Assembly: GCA_964016885.1 (NCBI GenBank)
Contig: OZ024747.1
Coordinates: 57,474,001 to 57,538,000 of the forward strand
Direction of reading: 5' to 3'
From: Eledone cirrhosa
Lineage: Eukaryota
DNA length: 64,000 bases
The position numbers and the translations under genes are program-made. This document shows positions 53,602 through 64,000 of the stretch, in pieces. Within the stretch, counting starts at the first letter, position 1. Every line of letters starts with the position of its first letter. The notes below the pieces were generated by a model, which searched no databases, was not told where the DNA came from, and saw only the letters and a list, made by a program, of their open reading frames with translations.

Positions 53602-54002
53602 ATAATTGTTTCTACTTTAGGCACAAGGCCAGCAATTACCCAGTGCATTACTGGTACTTTATTTTATCAACCCCCGTAAGGATGAAAAGCAAAGTCAACC
53701 TCGGCGGGATTTGAACTCAGATCGTAAAGGGACGTAACTATGCTGGAAAGCATGGCGTCCGACCCTCTACCGATACTGCCAATCCACCGCCCTATATATA
53801 TATATATAATAATAATAATTGTTTCTACTTTAGGCACAAGGCCAGCAATTACCCAGTGCATTACTGGTACTTTATTTTATCAACCCCGTAAGGATGAAAA
53901 GCAAAGTCAACCTCGGCGGGATTTGAACTCAGATCGTAAAGGGACGTAACTATGCTGGAAAGCATGGCGTCCGACCCTCTACCGATACTGCCAATCCACC
54001 GC
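53602..54002 (-). mobile_element. Head-to-tail dimer of the OK-like SINE inserted into an older plus-strand SINE, with a single TSD
   Basis: ccgagtccgataaaataat at 53588-53606 and 54003-54021. Confidence 0.85.
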
Positions 54003-54364
54003 CCGAGTCCGATAAAATAATGTACCAGTTATATACTGGAAATGATTAAATCAACATTGTCCTCTCCCTAAATGTACTTAAAGAAGAAACAATTATTAAT
54101 ATAGTCCTTGCACATTTATTTAACAAAAGCACTTAACGATGGAGAGGTTTATTTTCAATATGAACTTTTTAAAACGAATAGTTTTGTATCAGAGGAGCAG
54201 GGCTGGTTTCAGGTGGTTTGGCATCAAAAGTGATAAAGCAATTGATGGATTAAGGCTACAAGCAGACACACACACAAACATAGATATACATACATATGTG
54301 TACATACATATATATATACATACATACAAAACATACACATACCTACACACACGCATATATATGC

Positions 54365-54395
<31 letters not shown>

Positions 54396-54572
54396 TATGT
54401 GTGTGTGTGTGTGTGTATCTCTATACACACTCCCCATGCATTGAGTACTCCCATGATTAGTGACCACCCCGATCTCAGCACAACAGACTTTCTCTCTCTC
54501 TCTCTTTCTCTCTCTCACTCTATCTCTCCCTCTCTCCACTTTCTCTCCCTCATTTCTCTCTCTGTCTGCCTG

Positions 54573-54604
<32 letters not shown>

Positions 54605-54713
54605 GGAAAAAGTATGACCCCGATGGCAGAGCTCAAGCCGTTTCGAGGGCTATTTCTGGACTGAGTACTCTGGTGCGTTATGGTCCATCTGGTTCCTTAC
54701 CACATTTCCTTTG

Positions 54714-54775
<62 letters not shown>

Positions 54776-54910
54776 CGAAGGAAAAGTGGTAAGGAACCAG
54801 GTGGACCATAACGCACCAAAGTACTCAATACTTAGGGTAGTAGAGTGGGTAATATGAACAAGTAAGACCCCGACGGCTGAGCTCAAGCCGTTTCGACGGC
54901 TAATTCTGGA
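54605..54910. mobile_element. Two tail-to-tail copies of the 9685-9820 HHR-half element around (TA)n
   Basis: 54662-54714 is the inverse of 54775-54828; gaccccga.ggc.gagctcaagccgtttcga appears twice. Confidence 0.75.
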
Positions 54911-54939
54911 TATATATATATATATGTGTGTGTATATAT

Positions 54940-54997
<58 letters not shown>

Positions 54998-55450
54998 ATA
55001 TATACACACACACACATACATATAGCTTAGTGTTAATGTGTTCGGTTCAAGAACATCAGGTCAATTCTCGACTGCGATTTGTCTCCCCGAACAAAACACT
55101 ATCTCACATTCCTCCAGTCCATTCAGCTAAAAACAAAATGTGTTGTACCTGTGATTCAAAGGCATGGCCTGTGTAATGCTGAATCTTCCTGAAAATTACG
55201 GTCAATGTACACGTGTCTGTTGATTGCTCAGCATGCTGCACGTTAATTCCATCAGCAGGCTATTTCGTATTTCAAAGTGATGGAACTCTCGTCGACGGAA
55301 CCGTTAATGGTTTAACAGTGACTACGCTCACAAACACTTACACACACGCAAAGACAGACATACAGGCACACGCACAAACACATACACACTCACACAAACG
55401 CATATATATTATCACGCGCACTCGCTATATGAATATATATGCACACACAC

Positions 55451-55530
<80 letters not shown>

Positions 55531-55556
55531 TATATTTATAAGTATATATATATATG

Positions 55557-55587
<31 letters not shown>

Positions 55588-56352
55588 TTATTTATGGACT
55601 GTTACACATGAGAATCTAGTTTAAAACTCTCTGTTGCTAAGGTTACAATAAATTTATAATCAATAATATTCTATTTAAACACCAAAAACCAGAACATTCC
55701 ATTAGAGTTCCTATTTTATGCACTTAGATTAAAATCTAGATAATGATTGTTAATTAAACTTGAAAGGTTTTACAAGAAATATATAAATATAGGAAGAAGT
55801 TTAGAAAATATAGATAGAGAGATAGGTAGTACCAGGCAATAAATCAGAACACCAAACTATATTTATTTTAATATTAATATTTTTGCTATTATAATTATTA
55901 TTATTATTCTTTTTTTTTTTGTTAGTTCAATTATATTGTAATTTATGAGCTTTTATCTTTTTGACGTCCATAAACCAGCTGGAATTTTAGGTTTGATAAG
56001 TTTGATGAGTCGAAAATTGATCTATATAAGGTCTGCAGATTATTTGTTATCCAAAGCGATAAGTGAAGGAATACTAAATCCTTCACACCCGCGAGAGAAA
56101 GTTAGTCTATTTTGAATGTCAATTCACCCCATCGGATCTCTCTTATTTATTTATGTTACCAACATGAATGATGGTAGCCGTATATTTTTGTTAATGGTGT
56201 AGTGACACAAGTTTCAGAATTCCTATCCGTCGCTTGCTGTTGTTTCCTGTTTGGTTAGATCTATAATTGTTTCTACTTTTGGCACAAGGCCAGCAAATTA
56301 CTAGTTTATTACTGGTACTTTATTTTATCGACCCCATAAGGAGGAAAGGCAA

Positions 56353-56510
56353 GTTGGTGATCAGTTTGAAAATGACAATCACGTGGTCAGATTGATAATG
56401 TTGTTGATCAGTTTCAAAATGATAATCACGTGATTAGATTGATAATGTTGTTGATCAGTTTGAAAATGATAATCACGTGGTTAGATTTATAATGTTGGTG
56501 ATCAATTTGA
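56353..56510. repeat. 47-bp tandem repeat, about 3.3 copies
   Basis: Unit gttggtgatcagtttgaaaatgacaatcacgtggtcagattgataat. Confidence 0.85.
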
Positions 56511-57552
56511 GTCACTCCTATATTGGTTAGAATGTTATGGCTGATGGGCAGTAAGTTGATATCAAAGCGGCGGATTTGCAGCCATTAGTGTCTCCAAATA
56601 AATGCCGCGATGCTTCAGTATTTCTTCCGGCTTTCTACGCACTGAGTTCAAATCCCACCGAGGTCAATTTTGTATTCGTCCTTTACAAGTCCTTAAATAA
56701 AATAACAGTTTAGTATTTTGGGGCCGATTCTTCCTCTGTTTTTCTTTATATCTTTTTATTTGAAAGACTTCGGCTACAACAAGAACACCACCACAATCAC
56801 ACGGAAACCAAAAGAAGAATCAACACTGTAGTATAAAATCACAAGTACCACGAAAACAACAACAACACCAGCATAACCACACCACCAACAGCGGCAGAAG
56901 CAACACCACTCCATCATCATCATCAACAACAAAAACAAACGAAACGTCACTTCCATCACCATTATCATAGACACAACCGAAACATCGTAAAATTATGTCA
57001 TCATCAGCACTAATATCTGAAGGAACCCAATGCCATCCTTGGCACGATCACCACAAAAACAACAACACCACCATTTAAAACCAACCAAAGCCTTACCACT
57101 TCAGCACTTCACTTACGACCACAACCACCACAACAGAAGTATTACCCCACCCCACCACTACCACCGCCACCATCACCCACACCACCAAAACCACCAAAAA
57201 CCACCACCAGTAGAAAAATAAAAAAACTCACCACCCCACTATTACACTAACCACCACCACAACAACAGAAGCATCACCACACCCCACTACTACCACCCCC
57301 ACCATCGCCCTCACCACTATCAAAATCATCACCAACACTATAAAAATAACACAAACCTGACTCCCCTGCCACTACATTAACCACCAACGCATCACCCCAC
57401 CCACCAGCACTACAAAAATAACAAAAGTCTTATCACCCCACCACCACAACCACTAGCACTACCATAAAAGAATCACCACCATGACAGTATCACAACCACA
57501 ACATTCGACCACCACCATCAACACCACCAAAATCACCACCTGTAACTCCAAC

Positions 57553-58112
57553 ACAACAAAAGTATCACCATGCCACCATCACAACCACAACCTCAACCAC
57601 CACCAACAAACCACCGCTATCACAACCACCAGCACTACCACAACAAAAGTATCACCATGCCACCATCACAACCACAACCTCAACCACCACCAACAAATCA
57701 CCGCTATCACAACCACCAGCACTACCACAACAGGAGTATCACCATCCCACCATCACAACCACAACCTCAACCACCACCAACAAACCACCGCTATCACAAC
57801 CACCAGCACTACCACAACAAAAGTATCACCATGCCACCATCACAACCACAAACTCAACCACCACCAACAAACCACCGCTATCACAACCACCAGCACTACC
57901 ACAACAGGAGTATCACCATCCCACCATCACAACCACAACCTCAACCACCACCAACAAACCACCGCTATCACAACTACCAGCACTACCACAACAGGAGTAT
58001 CACCATCCCACCATCACAACCACAACCTCAACCACCACCAACAAACCACCGCTATCACAACCACCAGCACTACCACAACAGGAGTATCACCATGCCACTA
58101 TCGCAACCACAA
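57553..58112. repeat. 87-bp minisatellite, about 6.4 copies
   Basis: 29-aa periodicity in the ORF track; directly visible. Confidence 0.9.
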
Positions 58113-58559
58113 CAGAAGCACCACAATGCCACTGTCACAACCACAACCAATGCTAAATCCACCATCAACAACAATAAATACAACACCACCACCACTACCA
58201 CCACCACCACTACCACCACCACCAACAACAACAACAAATGAAGGATTAAAATCTTTAAAATATCTAATAAAGGGGAATGAGCCTTTTATGGCTGAGATAT
58301 GATGAATGTGAAGTAGAATGGGCCGACCAGGACTTTTACTTTACAACAGAGTATTTGATTCAGTCAGAGCTTTGAACAAATAATGAGCGTCTTTTAAGGA
58401 ATATATCGCTGTAGAAACTCAAAGAAACTATGAAAATAATTGGTGGATTGACATTGAAGCTGCAGTGAATAGGAAAGTTTCAAGGACACTTGGAATATGT
58501 TAAAAATGGATTTATAGCATGTTGTTTCACTAATATTACGTCATCATTACTTACATATA

Positions 58560-58740
58560 GATTGGCAGTATCAGTAGAGGGTCGGACGCCATGCTTTCCA
58601 GCATAGTTACGTCCCTTTACGATCTGAGTTCAAATCCCGCCGAGGTTGACTTTGCCTTTCATCCTTACGGGGTCGATAAAATAAAGTACCAGTAATGCAT
58701 TGGGTAATTGCTGGCCTTGTGCCTAAAGTAGAAACAATTA
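58560..58740 (+). mobile_element. OK-like SINE, slightly 5'-truncated, with TSD
   Basis: attacttacatatagat duplicated at ~58546 and ~58737. Confidence 0.9.
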
Positions 58741-58883
58741 CTTACATATAGATATTTAAGTATAGATATTTAAGTATATATATATATATATATATATTTG
58801 GAGAGAGAGCGTTTCCCTAAAAAAATGTCTACACACTTTGATTAAAATGCTATTGCAGTGTGTATACGTGCTTTTGGGACAGC

Positions 58884-58927
<44 letters not shown>

Positions 58928-59273
58928 ACACACACGCACACACACATACACACACGCACACACACACATATATATATATATATATACAGTCCTATGAGTT
59001 CATGTGGATATATGTACGTGTTGATATTGTTGTTTTTGCTGCTACTTTATACAAAGTGGACATTGAATTGTGTAGATAATGCTGTAGATCAGGTTTCTGT
59101 CTTTAACTATAGTTGGTTCTGTTGTTATTGTAACTGTTGTTTCTGTTGTTGTAGTAATTGATGTTTCTGTTGTTGTTCTGGTCACTGATGCTTACTTCTC
59201 ACTTATGTTATTATATCCGTCTACCCCACAACCAATACTGCATCTATCTCGGCACTACCAAATAATACGACTA

Positions 59274-59313
59274 TCATCATCATCATCATCATCTCAAGAA
59301 CTAACACTACCAC

Positions 59314-59344
<31 letters not shown>

Positions 59345-60675
59345 TCAAGAACTAACACTGCCTTCATCAACATCATCATCAGAACTATCAGTGCCACCAC
59401 CACCACCACCACCACCACCACCACCACCACCACCAGAACTAACATTGCCTTCATCATCATCATCACCAGAACTATCAGTGCCACCGTCACCACCACCACC
59501 ACCACCAGAACTAACACTGCCATCATCACCTCAAGAACTAACACTACCACAATCACCACCATCACCAGAATTAACACTGCCACCATCATCATCATCACCA
59601 GAACTATCAGTGCCTCCATCATCATCATCACCACCATCACCAGAACTAACATTGCCACCACCATCATCACCATCAGAACTAACACTGCCACCGTCCCTAC
59701 CACCACCAGAACTAACACTGCCGCCATCATCATCACCATCAGAACTAACACTGCCACCGTCCCCACCACCACCAGAACTAACACTGCCGCCATCATCATC
59801 ACCATCAGAACTAACACTGCCACCGTCCCCACCACCACCAGAACTAACACTGCCGCCATCATCATCACCATCAGAACTAACACTGCCACCGTCCCCACCA
59901 CCACCAGAACTAACATTGCCACCACCATCATCACCATCAGAACTAACACTGCCACCGTCCCCACCACCACCAGAACTAACACTGCCGCCATCATCATCAC
60001 CATCAGAACTAACACTGCCACCGTCCCCACCACCACCAGAACTAACACTGCCGCCATCATCATCACCATCAGAACTAACACTGCCACCGTCCCCACCACC
60101 ACCAGAACTAACACTGCCGCCATCATCATCACCATCAGAACTAACACTGCCACCGTCCCCACCACCACCAGAACTAACATTGCCACCACCATCATCACCA
60201 TCAGAACTAACACTGCCACCGTCCCCACCACCACCAGAACTACCACTGCCGCCATCATCATCACCATCAGAACTAACACTGCCACCGTCCCCACCACCAC
60301 CAGAACTAACACTGCCGCCATCATCATCACCATCAGAACTAACACTGCCACCGTCCCCACCACCACCAGAACTAACATTGCCACCACCATCATCACCATC
60401 AGAACTAACACTGCCACCGTCCCCACCACCACCAGAACTAACACTGCCGCCATCATCATCACCATCAGAACTAACACTGCCACCGTCCCCACCACCACCA
60501 GAACTAACACTGCCGCCATCATCATCACCATCAGAACTAACACTGCCACCGTCCCCACCGCCACCAGAACTAACACTGCCGCCATCATCATCACCATCAG
60601 AACTAACACTGCCATCGTCCCCACCACCACCAGAACTAACACTACCACCATCACTATCATCATCATCACCGTCAT
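59274..60675. repeat. 60-bp (2 x 30-bp) minisatellite, agaactaacactgcc + (CAT/CAC)n
   Basis: Directly visible; the PELTLPP ORF is a by-product. Confidence 0.9.
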
Positions 60676-61346
60676 CATTATTACCACGAGCAGCCCTGAA
60701 CACCACCTTCTCTCCCCTATACAACTGTTACATATACACAGTGTTCAATTGAAAAATATTTTCCTTGCCTCTCCCATCTAATCTAATTGCAGGTCACGTG
60801 TCAATTATTCCAGTTAAAGAATTAATCATAAGTTCTTGTAGAGCTAGCACTGTATGCCATCGATTTCTTCGCTTTATATTTATTTAAATATTTGCTGCAG
60901 CATTAATCAATGAACAGAATACAAATTCCCCATAGAACAATTTCTTTTAATGTAATTATGTTTTTCCTACTGAGAATATATTTTTTCAAATATCATATGT
61001 ACAATTTTTCTTTGCCACTTCACTGTTCATATAAATAATGGACTTCCGTCAGTTTCAACGATGAGTTGTTTTTCTACTGAGAATATATTTCTTTTAAAAT
61101 CTTTCCTCTCTTACTTCACTTCAATATTCATATAAATAATTGTTTCTACTTTTGGCACAAGGCGAGAAACGATCCCGTAAGGATGAAAGGCAAAGTTATC
61201 CTCGGCGGGATTTGAACTCATATAAAAAATGGAGTATTATCGGTTTTGGCGATGAATTGTTTTTCTACTGAGAATATATTTCTTTTAACATATTTAACAT
61301 TCTTTTAACATAACTAACGTTCTTACTTTTCCACTTCACCTCACTA

Positions 61347-61963
61347 TTCGTATAAATAATTGTTTCTACTTTTGGCACAAGGCCAGCAATTACCCAGTGC
61401 ATTACTGGTACTTTATTTTATCGACCCCGTAAGGATGAAAGGCAAAGTTAACCTCGGCGAGATTTGAATTCAGAATGGCAAGGACCGTAACTCTATGCGT
61501 CAAATCATGGCGTCCGACCCTCTACCGATACTGCCAATCCATCGCCATTCGTATAAATAATTGTTTCTACTATTGGCACAAGGCCAGAAATTACCCAGTA
61601 CATTACTGGTACTTTATTTTATCGACCCCGTAAGGATGAAAGGCAAAGTTAACCTCGGCGGGATTTGAACTCAGAATAGCAAGGGCCGTAACTCTATGCA
61701 TCAAAGCATGGCGTCCGACCCTCTACCGATACTGCCAATCCACCGCCATTCGTATAAATAATTGTTTCTACTTTTGGCACAAGGCCAGCAATTACCCAGT
61801 GCATTACTGGTACTTTATTTTATCGACCCCGTAAGGATGAAAGGCAAAGTTAACCTCGGCGAGATTTGAATTCAGAATGGCAAGGACCGTAACTCTATGC
61901 GTCAAATCATGGCGTCCGACCCTCTACCGATACTGCCAATCCACCGCCATTCGTATAAATAAT
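61347..61963 (-). mobile_element. Head-to-tail trimer of the OK-like SINE
   Basis: Three ~201-bp units bounded by attcgtataaataat at 61347, 61547, 61748 and 61949. Confidence 0.9.
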
Positions 61964-64000
61964 GGACCTTCGTCGTTGTCAATGATGAGTGTTGTGTTTC
62001 AAAGAACATTGGACCTCAACAGAATTATGCGAAATTTTGTCAAAGTTTTTACTTATACAACTTTGCTACTGTGCAGTAAATATTCAATGTTAATTACAGT
62101 CATTTAATTGTTTGTAATAGTACAGGATTACCATAGCTCTCTGATATATTGTGTACCTGACATTAACAATGCAGAGTTATTATAGGTCTCTGACAGTCTT
62201 GTCTTTATTATGACAATTTTATGCCACAATCAAATATTGCCTTCGTCCTACATGTTACAACATTTGTATAGAAATATATACTTGGAACTGATTTCGATTT
62301 CTGTTTATATCACTAAATTCCTTCTTTTTTTGGTGAATAATCGGCAAGATATTTTGATCTGAAATTACGTATTGAAACTAATATCATTGTATACAGAATA
62401 TAATGTTATATTCATACAATCCTATTTCCACTAACCTTCTCAATAAAAGTGAGCCTCATGGTTACCTATACAATCAACATTATAGAAGGGAACCACTACA
62501 TAGTCACCTTTTCTGCTAGAAATAACAGAAATTATCATTAAAAAATAAAAAATAAAGGCGACACATACAACATTACGCTGGATTTCGTAGTATGACAGAA
62601 ATATTGAGAGAAGGGTTTTAGTCGTAGATGGAATGATTTTGACCAAAGGTCTGTTCAATCAGGGGTAGCCTGTAGCTGAAAAGCAACAACAACAACGACG
62701 AAAGCTACAGTAATAATATATATCTTTTAACATATGTACGTAACAGAAATATATTTAACATATTTTTACTAACTGATTGTGAAACATTTATGATCTAAGA
62801 ACTACTCATTTGTCAGTAAAACATAGTATCAAGGGAAATATTGGGTTTAGCTTTAATGTTCTAAATGTTGCTAGAAATAGTATATTTGTATTTTTGCTTT
62901 TACTGGTTTACTTAACGTATTACAGAAGGTACTTTCGTTGTTCATTTTTTTTATCATCGTCCCAACACGCCAGTAGCTCATACTATAAATATTCCTGTAT
63001 CTTTAATTGGTCTTACTTTTATGTAGTTCTGTTTATCTGGTGAAATATCGATGCTTCTTCTGCTTAAGGTCATCTGTGTATAGTTAACGGAAGATAAATT
63101 GTGAGATTGAGTCGTACCTAAGGAAATGAAGATAGCTGTCTCAATTCTGTTTTTCTTTGGAAACCATTTTTGCTCTATTTGTGTAAAGAGATCAAGTGTT
63201 AAGTTCAAGGAAGTTATAGTTATTAGGTATATTGGCACTACACTAAACAAAACAACACAAGCAAACTAACACTCTGTGAGTAAAAATACATACGTACAAT
63301 TTGTGTAGTTTTAACATTAAAAAAATAATACAAAGAGTGAAAAAAACTGGAAGATTCTGGGAAAGGTGAAACGAAAAATAATCAAACAAAATACAAAAAC
63401 TCTGCAAGAAAAAGGAAAAAATAGTTGAAACTTCTGACAAAAAATATAACAAATTAACAAATCAAAATAAAATAGATTAAACAACTACAAATGAAGACAT
63501 ATACTAAAAAAAGAAACTGGGGGAAAACAGAATAGACCAAGGAACAACACGAACAACAAATGACCAACAATTTGAAAGAAGAAAAAGGGGGAAAGAGTAC
63601 AAATATAAAAAAGAGTAAAGATCAAACATTAAGTTATTCAAAAGTACAACGGAAGAAAATAAAAGAACGGATAACAAAATTCGAAACATACACAACAGCT
63701 TCAAAGAAGGACAAATACTGAAGAGATTGGTAAAAATAATTGAAAATTTTGTAATTTAGAGAAGATGGGAAAAAATTGAGAAAAATTCTGAGGAAAAAAA
63801 TGTAAAAACTTTAAACAAGTGTACAATATGGATAAATCATGAGTATAGAAAATAAGCATTTAAAGAAATTGTTGTACAGAATTAAAAAAAAGATAGACAA
63901 TATTTCATGGAATTAAGAAACTAATATGTACAAAAATAAAGTCTAGAATTATTTGAAAGGATCGAAAATATGAAACCTGCAAAAACATAGTTTATATTGA

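Noticed and set aside
57481-58302. His/Thr repeat ORFs
   Set aside because: An 87-bp minisatellite, open in two frames.
59205-60752. 515-aa Pro/Ser-rich extensin- or mucin-like ORF
   Set aside because: A 60-bp minisatellite open on both strands; no signal peptide or splice context seen.
62050-64000. Possible membrane-protein pseudogene or LINE ORF1
   Set aside because: Hydrophobic ORFs are explained by AT/T skew; multiple stops and no recognisable domain.

Overview
Eukaryotic, AT-rich, microsatellite-saturated intergenic or intronic DNA. It is most likely from an octopod cephalopod, inferred from the OK-type tRNA-SINE and the microsatellite load. No host gene can be confidently identified, and almost all ORFs in the supplied track are simple-repeat artefacts. 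The one intact long ORF (3712-6153) is a Penelope-like retroelement (RT + GIY-YIG, Naiad-type Cys motifs). It has a perfect 5' hairpin and a candidate 3' pseudo-LTR carrying a type I hammerhead ribozyme (HHR). Stem II of that HHR encloses a short GT-AG intron-like segment, which is conserved in three divergent copies (9.3, 35.9 and 40.5 kb). The window also holds about a dozen small non-coding elements sitting in (TA)n tracts. They share a PLE-like layout (5' inversion and/or terminal direct repeat, 280-530 bp units). Several fold into minimal HHRs, and one carries a tRNA cloverleaf instead. Also present: 3' fragments of Tx1/L1, CRE, R4/Dong-like and RTE LINEs, an internally deleted Ingi-like LINE with a 2A (NPGP) motif, a nest of retroelements in (TATG)n, many SINEs (including a tandem dimer and trimer) and several minisatellites. 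Coordinates were read by eye and may be off by a few bases; no searches were run.
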